A DNA stretch of 64,000 nucleotides, taken from Klebsormidium nitens (taxonomy: Eukaryota; Plantae; Klebsormidiophyceae). Shown here piece by piece: positions 23,616-34,900 of the stretch (positions are counted from its first letter, which is position 1; each line of letters opens with the position of its first letter). The notes under the pieces were generated by a model that was not told the DNA's origin, did not search any database, and was given only the letters and a program-made list of their open reading frames with translations. The DNA lies in the NCBI GenBank assembly GCA_000708835.1, contig DF237313.1, forward strand, positions 28,934 through 92,933, written 5' to 3'. Position numbers and translations under genes: made by a program.

Positions 23616-24290
23616 NNNNNNNNNNNNNNNNNNNNNNNNNNNNNNNNNNNNNNNNNNNNNNNNNNNNNNNNNNNNNNNNNNNNNNNNNNNNNNNNNNNNN
23701 NNNNNNNNNNNNNNNNNNNNNNNNNNNNNNNNNNNNNNNNNNNNNNNNNNNNNNNNNNNNNNNNNNNNNNNNNNNNNNNNNNNNNNNNNNNNNNNNNNNN
23801 NNNNNNNNNNNNNNNNNNNNNNNNNNNNNNNNNNNNNNNNNNNNNNNNNNNNNNNNNNNNNNNNNNNNNNNNNNNNNNNNNNNNNNNNNNNNNNNNNNNN
23901 NNNNNNNNNNNNNNNNNNNNNNNNNNNNNNNNNNNNNNNNNNNNNNNNNNNNNNNNNNNNNNNNNNNNNNNNNNNNNNNNNNNNNNNNNNNNNNNNNNNN
24001 NNNNNNNNNNNNNNNNNNNNNNNNNNNNNNNNNNNNNNNNNNNNNNNNNNNNNNNNNNNNNNNNNNNNNNNNNNNNNNNNNNNNNNNNNNNNNNNNNNNN
24101 NNNNNNNNNNNNNNNNNNNNNNNNNNNNNNNNNNNNNNNNNNNNNNNNNNNNNNNNNNNNNNNNNNNNNNNNNNNNNNNNNNNNNNNNNNNNNNNNNNNN
24201 NNNNNNNNNNNNNNNNNNNNNNNNNNNNNNNNNNNNNNNNNNNNNNNNNNNNNNNNNNNNNNNNNNNNNNNNNNNNNNNNNNNNNNNNAG
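23616..24290. other. Assembly gap (675 N)
   Basis: Continuous run of N; ORFs spanning it in the ORF track are artefacts. Confidence 1.
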
Positions 24291-24292
24291 AG

Positions 24293-24354
24293 ATGACTCA
24301 TAACCGGTCATGACCGGTAGCATCATATCATATGATGGTCCGGGACCAGGTCCC
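24293..24354. repeat. Cluster of four adjacent short palindromes at the gap edge
   Basis: ATGA-C-TCAT (24293-24301), ACCGGTCATGACCGGT (24303-24318), CATCATA-TCA-TATGATG (24321-24337), GGGACC-A-GGTCCC (24342-24354). Confidence 0.85.
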
Positions 24355-25145
24355 ATAGAAAGCTTGCTGATGAGAAACTTGACATCTCATATTACAGTCA
24401 TGTTAACTGGCCTGGAACATTACTGAAGGTTTGAGCATGACATCACATTCGACATGAAGCAGAAACTTTCAATCTGCGACGCTTCAAACTTGCGAAAGAG
24501 AAGGCTGCAGGAGATGAGCATACTCCTCCGCTCTTCGTGTGTGCGCGAAGGAAGCTCGATGGGACTGTGTAATTGAAGCCCGTACTATTGACTGTCTCAT
24601 ATTATTTGTAGAAATACTCGTATCTTCCTAAACCTTGCTTTGGTCAGTGGCGGTGTTGACAAACGCGCACGACCACGGCAAAAAATGCGTCTGATTGAGC
24701 AGCCTTCCGACAAATTCTTTGCCATGTTTTGCCAGTGGAACTTGCGATGCATGTTTGAACAAAGAGCTCTCGATCTTGTTTGAAATCATGCAAATCATGC
24801 GACTTACAGTCTTACACTCCTGTGCCTTATCGAGCAAAATGTCTGGATCATGCTTATAAGTAGTGGTTGGTTGTTGGTCCTGCCTCTTCCCTGCTCTCCG
24901 GCAAGCGCGACTCGCGGCGCGCTCGCGCCTGCTGGTGGCATCCACCGCTTCTACAAAAGCCTCGAATTTGTAAAAGCTCCAAACCCGCCAATATTTATCG
25001 GCCGAAGTGCGGCCGCGTAGGCCGGTGCACCAGGCCCAGGGTGGCGGCCATTCTACCGAGGGCGCTCGATGTAGCAGGACGCATTCCAATTAGCAGCGTT
25101 CTTTGCAGAGTCCGCGAACAGAAGAAGCGCTGCTGAGGCGCCGCA

Positions 25146-26175
25146 ATGGCGACCCGCAGTCTCTTGAGGTCCTGCGCGTTTTCAGCTCTATCGCTTGTCC
25201 TCATCTTTGCGGTGTTTGTTCAGGAAGGGGCTTCGCTGACGCTTGAAGTCACTGTTCACGTGGATGGCAGCACCAGCTTGCCTGACCCGAGTCTCCTGAA
25301 CGCCTTCCTGCGGAACCAAAGTGGTTTGCTCAACCCGCTGCTCCCTGACCGCCCTCCAATCCAGCTGCAGCTCTGCAACTCCAGCGTTTATTCCCAACCC
25401 TTTTATTTTTACACGCTGCAACACCCGGGAAGTTGCGCTAGCGCTCCAGGGTTGATAAGGAGCAAACCGAAAGCTGCAAGGACGCTTGAGGCAATCTGGC
25501 TAGCATCAGCGGCAGTCATCTTGGTTGCGCTAGCTCTTGCGTGCCTGATCAGCCGTCGGTCAAACTTGTCAGCTGAAGATCTGGCAGACGGCGCGTTGCG
25601 CTGGTGCTATAAGCTGGTGCCCGGCGAACCTGACCGCAGAATGACCGCAGACGACCTTAGTACTTGGATGATTTTCACCTCTTTGCCGGTGCCTTTTGTG
25701 CTAGGCCCCCTCTGCTTTGCGTACGTCGCCGTTGACAAACTCCTCCCAGCCCCGTTACCCGTCCAGCGGCCACAACGTTACGCTCAGCCTTTGCAACATC
25801 AGGAACGCCTTTCAGGTCTACATAGGCTTCTCAGACAGTTGTGACCAAGTGTCGGACTCTCTCTATCCAGGAGTCAGCCTCCCGCAGGTCGAAACGATTG
25901 TTTACAGCGATGACCACACTTTTAGCCAAGGCTGGGCACTGACCATTGTCCTATACTGTGCGGGCGTGGTCACTTGCGCCTTCTGGCTGCTCATCGCCGT
26001 AGGGGCGCTTCTTTACCTTGCGAGAGTCGTGAACTTTCTCTGCCAATGGAAACGGCCTCAGGCCAAAGTGCACGATGTTGAGATGCAGGACGCCACCAGC
26101 TTGTCAGACTCAGATGATGACGTAACGGGTGACGCAATCGGTAGTGGGTCGAATGTGGAAGGTCGGACGGGTTAG
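25146..26175 (+). CDS. Intronless putative membrane protein (signal peptide plus about three TM helices) split by a single frameshift; function unknown
   Basis: ORF 25146-25844 has a signal-peptide-like start (FSALSLVLIFAVFVQEGAS) and hydrophobic segments; overlapping ORF 25717-26175 in the +1 frame continues with N-X-S/T sites, another TM segment and an acidic tail. Removing one base around 25707-25740 joins them. Confidence 0.6.
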
Positions 26176-27278
26176 CGCGGCTGCTCGTTGATCTTGGGCT
26201 TGAAGCAGGCTTGACGCTGGTAGATGATAAGCGATTGAGCTCAGCGAAGGCAGAGAACCACGTCAGTGATAGGTCGATAAGAGGGGAGTAGGATCACCTG
26301 TAAGCAAGCGGTAGATTTAAGATCCAAAACTAGAGGTCTTCATGGGCGGGCGATACAGAGAAGCGAGAAAAAGAGGGGCAAACTTACGTCTCTACGCGGT
26401 CACGCGAAACATATTTTAACGTGAAGGCGCGGTTCTTGACCTTTATTGCTTCTGAGGAATTTTAGTACCTTGGCTCTGACTTTTGATGACCTTCAACTAG
26501 TTATAAGAGGCCTAGAAACCGTTTCATTGGCGGTTATATCTTGGCCCTCTAGCCGTCAACTTTCCGTAGTCTACGTGAAACCGTTGACGATCAACATGAT
26601 GCTGCTTCTGTCCTTTGCTCACGTCCCCGACCCATTGAAGCGCATTTGTTTTGACGCCTTTCAGTGCTTTATGAAATAGGCCGAGTAGCACGATATGGGC
26701 GTCACATACATGCACCTTTCATGTACCAGCACTACGTACCAAGAATTTTCGAACAGCCAGCGGCTTCGTATTGGAATCCATGCGGATAAATAGACTACGG
26801 AAGAATCAGCCTCCCAATGACTGGTGCAATAAAAAGTCGATGAAAGCGGGCAATGGTCGAATCGGAAAAAGTGTCTTCATTGAGCCGCTTCTTGGGTGGA
26901 TAATCCACCATGTTTAATCCGCTTCTTACGTTACACGTGTTGGATGAACACAGCTATCTATCTCGTTTTAAAAAATCAATTTAGCAGCTTAAACTCCCAA
27001 TATGTGATTTGCAGTCCCGACTCGGAGCAACATCTTAGCAGTATGCTTATTGCCTCGCCGCTTCAAATATACTTGTCAATGGTCCCCTCCAACATAGCAA
27101 ATTGTCGCTCTTATTTATATGGATATTGAAGCGCAGCCAATATCTAGTAAGAGGTAAACGCTTGAACTTGAGTCCTGGCTGCGAGCAGCCCCTCATATCA
27201 TTCACGTGTCATTGGAAAGTGAGAGACATAGTGGTCTTGAAAGCTCAATAAGTTGTGGTTGTTCCGATAGAGTAGAAT

Positions 27279-27474
27279 AGGAAGACGGCAGAGGAGTGGT
27301 TCCTAAGCCTCTGGGGCGTTGCCCCGGCCAGAGAGAGCTCCCGAGGGAGCCCCCCCTGCCAGACGGAGGCCCTTGGCCTCAACGTCGGGGGATCACCCCC
27401 AGCGAGCAGACACCCCCCGAGAGGGGCTCACGGCGGAGGGCGTTCCAGCCCTTCAACGCGACGTCTCGCTATCT
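27279..27474 (-). ncRNA. Candidate structured non-coding RNA, copy 2
   Basis: Core 27280-27437 near-identical to copy 1; putative start AGATAGC (27474) lies 32 nt from the first T of TATAAA (33 nt in copy 1). Confidence 0.55.
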
Positions 27475-27500
27475 GCAGAGCCAGACAGCAGTTGTCGACA

Positions 27501-27625
27501 TTTATATGGTCGCAAGAATCGAGGGTCTTGTGGGCGATGTAGGCCGGTGACATTAGCAGCCGTCCGATTCCCAGATGGCAGGATCTGACGGCTACGAAGA
27601 GGTCACGCGCGACCGCTGTTCACGG
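27501..27625 (-). promoter_or_regulatory. USE-like/TATA promoter module, copy 2
   Basis: Minus strand GCCCACAA (27528-27535), 21 nt with TTCTTGC, TATAAA (27501-27506); upstream GCCGTC...GACGGC inverted repeat and CAGCGGTCG box retained. Confidence 0.55.
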
Positions 27626-28938
27626 CGTCCAAAGAAAGACGGAGCGCATCAGTGACGAAGCAAATCGTACAATCCAACAAGACAAGAGAAGATAAAGTTG
27701 CTACCCGCCCAACTCGAAGTGTTACATGGCACTGCTAAAGCTTCACAATCCCTTGATACGAATGCATGATGTGTGAGTCTGAGCCGGACCAAAGCGGGTC
27801 CTGCTCGGAAGATGCCCACCCTCTGCCTCTCGGTCCTCCGGTCTCACTTCAAGGATGCAAGTTCAATGAATGACTTTCGATCTCCTGTAAGATGAAAAGT
27901 ATGAAGCAGACAGGGTTGGTGGAACTTGTACTATCTGCTGCGCATCCGAAGTGCAGTCTGATTACGTTGACAAGAATGACTTTGGCTGCGGATGAAAGCT
28001 GCAGAGAATCTTCGGATGCGCGTTTCAATGCTGCATGGAAGTAAATGAAGTACGACACGAGTCAAAGTCGTCTCTTTGGAATTACATCCAAGGTGCATTA
28101 AATTTGAACAGGCAACTTGGCGCCTTCTCTCGAGACGGGCTCGCCTGAGTGGCCAGTTCCCCGTCGTACTCAAAGACGCATTGTCCTCCCACCAAGCGGG
28201 CACAGTTCGCTTGCTCTCATTCAGGACGACGTGCACGTACGGGATAGGGCTGCATACGGACTCAAGTCCTGAGAATTTTGACCAAAATCGACAGTGACGG
28301 GCAGCTTCTGCATGCGCATTCACGACGATTGGCATACCATGGCCGGCATTGCCAAATCAAGCATCACCGTACTGAGGCCGGCTTTGCATATTGACAGAAG
28401 CATAATATCACAGTAGTATCATCACTGCTCCATCACTGCATCTATATACGAGCATGCAGGGTGATTGTTGAGTGGCCACATCGGCCGGATGCATACGTTA
28501 CAGCAATTAGCGAGTATGCGCAATTATGTGGCCATCGAGTAATCAGCAGTGCATGCAGTGCACAGCTATGTACGTGCTGTGCACAAATTAGTTCTGAACG
28601 TCCAAACCAAGCTTCGAAATCGAAAGAGCAGGCCGGTGACCCGCAGATTCCCAGCTTCCGACCGTCAATCGGATGCATCTAGCGTTTCGAGCAAAGTTTT
28701 CAAAACAGGCCCGCACTCTTGAATATGTACAATTGTTCGCTCCATCTTGCTTCAAAGCCGTCCATCTCATGCCAAGATACCTTCTCGTCGTTCTGCCCGT
28801 CAATAGGCGCCTCACAACTTCGATCACGCCAACTTACTACCCAGCTCTGAACAGTTTTTCGATTAGCTGCATTTGAGCTTCTGCACAGCCATGTGTCATC
28901 GTGACCACAGCTTCGAAGCTTGGCTGCCTGCCTATACA

Positions 28939-31900
28939 TTACAAAGATTCACTGCCAAGGTGAGACGAGTGAAGCAGCTGGGAGTTCTGGTCGAGCCCCG
29001 CCGTCAGCCACATGCGTTCAATCTGCACAACTTGGATAGCGGCGATTCAGAAGGGTGAAGAAGCGAAGTCCGACCACTTTCGATTCTTTGAATCAATTCA
29101 ATCGTTGAAATGGAGACAACAGTCTCTGTGACTATGGGTCCGCATTCCAAGCGTAAGAGGACGCCCTGGTAAGGCAAAGGTTTTCCTCAATTCTAATCTC
29201 TCAATCGCGAATGCTGTAAGGGACCATCCTGCCTGACCTTTCCGAACCCATTGGTTGTAACAATTGTTTGCAGTTGAGGAGACCGTAGAAGCAGGTCAAG
29301 AAAGACGCAATGTGTCCGATTCGAGAATCGGTCTTTTGGAAGAAGCCAGTACTTCTCCAGCAATTCGAGGGGCCAGCTCTTACCTCGTCGTATCTGAGGC
29401 GGCTGAGCCGTAACGGCCTGCCCCGCTTCAAGAAAGCGTCCTCCTGGAAAGACACGCGGTACGACTGGGTTGATAGAGCAGCATCTAAGTTGTACAACGC
29501 AGATCAGCAAGCGAACCAAAACGGTTGTGTATGTAATTCGCAGTTTTTCAAGAGAGTAAAGAAACTTGCTGTACTGGAAATTAACACTTGCACACACCTT
29601 ACCGAGAAAGTGACCGGATTCTACAGCAAGAGTGTTTGACACCAATGTTCTGCAGGCTCCATATCGTTCTGCATCATGTCCTTCAGAGATCCGATCGAAA
29701 GAACATGGGCACTTTCAACGCTTTGTAGCATCTTTTCAACTTCAAAAATCATCCTTGACAAGACTCGCCGCCTCTGACACCAAACTAAATGCTTTCCAAC
29801 GTTTAGCGCAAAGACACGAAGACACGCGCCGCACCCCCTCACCTCGCCGTGGACGTCTAGATAGATGGACGGCGCCATGCAGGCGCGGTCGCCCCTCAGG
29901 ATCAGCATCTGGGTCGACCGGAGCAGCAGAAAGATACCGATGCCCATCCCACCTGCAGAAAACCACCTCTATTAGCGACTGTGCCAGAGTGATTACAGTG
30001 AACACAAGCCAACTTTTGACAGCAATTGGACGGGGCCCGACTCGTCACAGGATTTTAGCAGTAAGAAGAAGGAACGGTGGTCTGTGAAGGAAGCTGCGAA
30101 GACTGATGACGAGCAAGCGCTGCACTTGAACGCGCGAAAGAAGGCAGAGCGTCCGAGGGAAGGGGGTTCGCTGATCCGAGAGTTACTGCAGAATCAGGCA
30201 GACTGTCACTTTCACATCGGAACGGATTGCTGTCAGGATGCGCTTCCAGATCAGTCTGGACATGCGAGAGGGAGACGAAGGATTGTTCTACACGGAATGG
30301 ATAACGGAGATCGATTCTCACAGATGCCCGCCCTGAGGAGGTAGAGGTTGAAAGGAGGCACTCACACTCAGCCGCGTGTCGGGAGCACTCCCCTCGGCCC
30401 TCCACGTGGCAGCACTGGCTCTTGCAGCACACCAGCGTGCCGCACAGCAAACACAGCGCCGGCTCCCTGCACCAGGAGACGTCAGACCCACACGTCAGTT
30501 CTGACGACACCTTTGAGCGGCGCGCTTAAGGAGTCCTTTGACAGCCCCCGTACCTCAAAGAAGCCTCGTTTACGTCGCGGGAGATTGTATACATGCTTGC
30601 GGACAGGAGGGACTGATTCGGCTGTCGTAGGAAAATTTGCAGTGGATCTCACCTTGGCACCGTCCCGCATCGTCCACATTTGCGGTTCATCTCGGCCAGA
30701 AGCAGCTCCTGCCAACAACAAAAGTGAGCATCTCAACCAGAGGACCAGAATGAAGCGGAAGATTGCAGCCTGTTGTGCAAGCACGCCACATTTCTGGCGT
30801 CCAATCATTCCCAAAGCATCGGCCTGACTGATCGGGCTGCCTAAGAATCTCCCAGATCCGAAGCCGCTAGACTGCGCTGAATGTCAATCCTTCTCCTCAC
30901 ATAAGACGATGACGATGAGTCAACCATTCCCATGACTAAGAGGTCTGGGCTTGACAGTTCAACGCTTGTCTTCTCCATAGCCCATACGTAGGCCTACTTC
31001 GCATGCAAGTGCGTTTGTCTGAAGCGAGTACGCACCTGGAAGACGTCCGGCAAGTCGACGAGCTTGAGCTGCGCACGGCCTGAGAGGAGGAGGTGACGTG
31101 GCACGACCGGCGCTGTTGGCGGCATTACTGCAAACAAGCAGGGCAAGTTTTGAGCAGACTGGACTTGGAGAAATCGGATTGACTTGCAGACGGTGGAAGA
31201 TCATGGCTTCCAACGAGCCCCGCTGACGGTCAGAGCGGTTGCCTTCTGCCGCCTCTACAGCACCACAGCCTAATGTCACCTAGCCCAAACACACTTTGGA
31301 TCGCGGGGAGAAAGATTGGAAAACAGCGTGCCCAGCACTTGGCGACGAGCAGCGTGTTGTTCTCAACCCGTCTTTCAGCAAAGAAACAGATCAGCGGCGT
31401 CTGCTTAGCTGCAGAACGATTTTAGAGCAACTCAAAAGCCCGTTGTCTCACCTTGTTTCGAAGGTGGAGCGATCCCCATGGCTTGAAGGACAGATGGAAC
31501 GGGAGGCAGGCCCAAGTAGCGCTCCCAGTACTGGTAGCTCATAAGGTCACCTGCAACTCAGAAAGAGCGGCCTTAGAAGAATGCTTGCAAACATGGAACC
31601 AGTTCTTCGGTGGTTGTCAGGCTGTCCGACTGGTTTCATACTTTTAAGTGGGAATGGATGCACTGCCCTTTGAACCGCGGTTGATACAGAACCATAAGGG
31701 AGAATTGCGCACTGTGTGGCTGCCTGCTTCGAAAACCCTTGCATTGTGGATGGTCCAGAATTCCGGTGCTTGCGCTGCAGCAGATGGCCAGGAAAAGCGA
31801 ATGGGGTCGCAACGACGTGTTCCACTTTACGACTTCCCATGAGCATTTTTGAGGGTGGCAATGTCTAGATTCCGCACGGGTTCTGCCTCACTAGAGTGAA

Positions 31901-34900
31901 AAAGAGAATCCTTGATTAACGTCACCTCATATAGCACGGCCCGTCATTGCGCTGATGAAAAAAGAGAGGACCCCTTGAATCACACGGGGTGGCCCCCTTG
32001 GAATGTCAGTTTCTGAAAGCAATTCCAAAATGATGCACGCGACTGACCGTCCAAAGCGCCCGGCCCAGAGACTGGCGGCAGGCGTCCGCTGACGACATGC
32101 ACCTGCATAACATTCGCAAGGAGCGGTAAAAGACTTGCAAGAGCGGTAAGACAATTCGCAAGAGCAATGAGAATGGTTTAAGGACGAGATCAGTGGCGGA
32201 ACTCAGAAAGAGAAGCGGGACGAGAGGCTTGACCGAAAACCGCAGGATTGCATCTCCTCAGATTGAGTGATCGTCGACTCAGCTCATTGACAAAGACTTG
32301 AATCAGAGAGCAAAATCGAAAGAAAAAGGCGAAGTCGATGATAATATTGGCCCCATCTACAATGTCGCATGCTAGAGAGCAAGAAAACCAGAGCTTTACG
32401 TAGAGAGAAGCACCACGTTGGATCTGCAAATCGTTTAGGCGACGTCTTTCGTACCAGTATTGCCGCTCTCCTGAGAAAAGGCACCAGCGCGGCTTGCACG
32501 ACGGCCATCAGAGCTAGGTCCACGGGAGCGGGTTCGTCCGCATCGGACCGCCGAAGCGCGGCGGCTGCGAGGAATGCTTGCGCTGCGGCCGCGTGATATG
32601 CGACGTTGACCATCGCGAGGGCGCCGGTGTGAGAGGGGAAGCCCACGTGGGTCTGCAGACGAAAGGGCGTAGGTTAAGGTAACCAAAGATGGTTAGACGG
32701 GAGGGTGTTAAATTCAATGGGAAGGCACACGTGGGTGTCCAGCTGCTGGGTTGGTCGAAGCCGGATGGTAATGTTCTGACCAACTTTAGCTCACACAACT
32801 TGACGCTCCTTACTTTGCAGAAGTCGGCGAGCAAAACAGGCATGACACACGAGACGCTCGGGTACTTTGACCCTTAGACAAACTGGAAGCAGCTTTTGAA
32901 GCGAATCAGTGAACAGAAATTTGCTAGGGCTCGTAGCATTGCAACCCTACAGTGCTCAGACCCCAGAAAAGTGTCTCCGACTGTCAATTGCTCCTTGAGA
33001 GGCTCCCTCAGTAACGGAGGCTTGATTGCCTGCACGTAAATGTTTGTGAGGAAGCTCTCGCCAAGAAGCCCAGAGGATTTGGAAGCAAGCTTTTCAGTTG
33101 CTGGCACAGCCACTCTGGGCAGAATAAGCGCATCGTCTCTACCTGAAAGAGGAACACCAGGATCCAGAACGGGTCCTGTTCCAGCGGCGACTCGTCCGAC
33201 GCATCCTCTTCTTCCGTCCCCTCATCTGGTGCCCCCGAGGTCGCATCCATAGCCGCGGGAGAGGGATCCCCCGTTACATCCCTTTCTTCGAGTGGTTGTT
33301 TGTCTACTTTTTGGGGGCCGTTTGCTCCAGCACGAACTGCCGCTTCGCCATCCGAAAGCGCAGCATCTTTGCCTTTCCGATCGAGAGGACCTGACGCTTC
33401 CTTCGCGCTAGGTTCACTTCCCAGCCTACCCCTGAACTGGGCACCAAACTCTGGGGCTGCGTTCGCTGTCGAGCTGACCCCACTTGCCGCCGCGACCCTT
33501 TCCCCGAGGCTGTCACTTTGACCGTTATCTGGCACCCCCATCGGACCTGTTGCGTCATCCCCATTCCGACCCTTCGGATTAAGCCCACCGCCACAGACAG
33601 GGCCAGCCCCAAGCGCCGCCTGCCAGTCTAGTATACCCATTTCCCTTTGCATAAGGGGTTCCTCGTCGAAAGTGGTGGAGAGGACCGCTAGCTTGGCCAG
33701 CGCGCGCAGCGCCCGCCAGTGCGCGCTCGCGCCCCCCCACAGCTCCAAGAGCTCGCCTTCTACCTGGTCTGAGGAGGTGCCACGTGGCGCAGCCCCAGAA
33801 CTGCCACGTGTCTCGACCTCGCAGTGGACGACGTTGGCGGCCAGAATGGACCACAGCTCCTGCAAGAAATTGAGAAACCAGGTGTCGTGACTGAGTTCAG
33901 CGCTTTTCCGCGAAGCTAAACAAAAGTAGGCACACGACCGTACTTTGCAGACTGCCATGTTTGATATCAAAGACACACTTGAACCCGCAGCTCAGCAGAC
34001 ACCGGATACTTGAGCGTGGAGTACGATTCTAGATTTGCTTCGTTCCTTCCTTTCATATTGCCCGCTGTGGTCACTCTGTTCTGTCTCTCCTACTTGCTCC
34101 CTTTTAGTAAAACTCTCGTCTAGTAAACTACACTGGAAGTCATGTGATGGTTGCCTAAGGAAACACGTGTTATAGGCAGCTTGACTGATGGCAAGACTGT
34201 GCAAAAATCTCGCAGCGCTGACTTGCACCTACCCGCCATACGAACGGAGGGCTGGCCAAGTCCGGCGCAGGGACGTCCGGTTGGCTGTCCATACGCAGGA
34301 TGCGGCACTGCGAGCACAGTGGACAAGAAGAAGGGTCAGCTATAACCGATCAAACACAAGGAAGATAATAACAAGCTAAGATAATAAGAAGGTAACCGCA
34401 CTGGGACGGGTGGGGTTTAGTTAGGGGGTTATGGTGCGTAGGCGTGCGGAGCAGATTCTTTTTTAGTTTAGGGTTCTCGTATTAGCCGGAGCTTAGAATT
34501 GTCAGATTTTTAATACCTGATCGTTACCTATATCGACTCAATGTCGTTGGTCTCTGTTAGAAGTGCCAATTGAGGATTATTCGTGGCAAAGCTGTTGCGG
34601 ACTTTGTCACCCTCTTTCCAGCTCCTGGGATCTGGCGATGAGCAACGTGGTTGTTATACAACAGAACCTGCGCTAAAAAAGCTTTTACTGACCAGGACGT
34701 TCCAGCCCTCCGACTTTGCTGACACGCGGCTCGCGAATGCTGGATGGCGCTTGATCAAGTACTGACCGGAAGCGTCGAAGTACTCAGCGTGGCACCCTCG
34801 AAAGACAGTTGACCTGAGCATCCTGCTTTGAATAGTACGTTGTCCTGACCCGACTCAGCAAATCGTTGACCGCTGCTGTTGAAAGGCCACTTTGAGAGAC

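Noticed and set aside
23435-24356. Long ORFs in the ORF track
   Set aside because: They are open only because they run through the N gap.
24628-25089. 153-aa minus-strand ORF
   Set aside because: No recognisable domain, non-ATG start in the track, and it abuts the start of the 25146 gene.
27931-28335. 134-aa minus-strand ORF
   Set aside because: No recognisable motif or exon-like GC signature.
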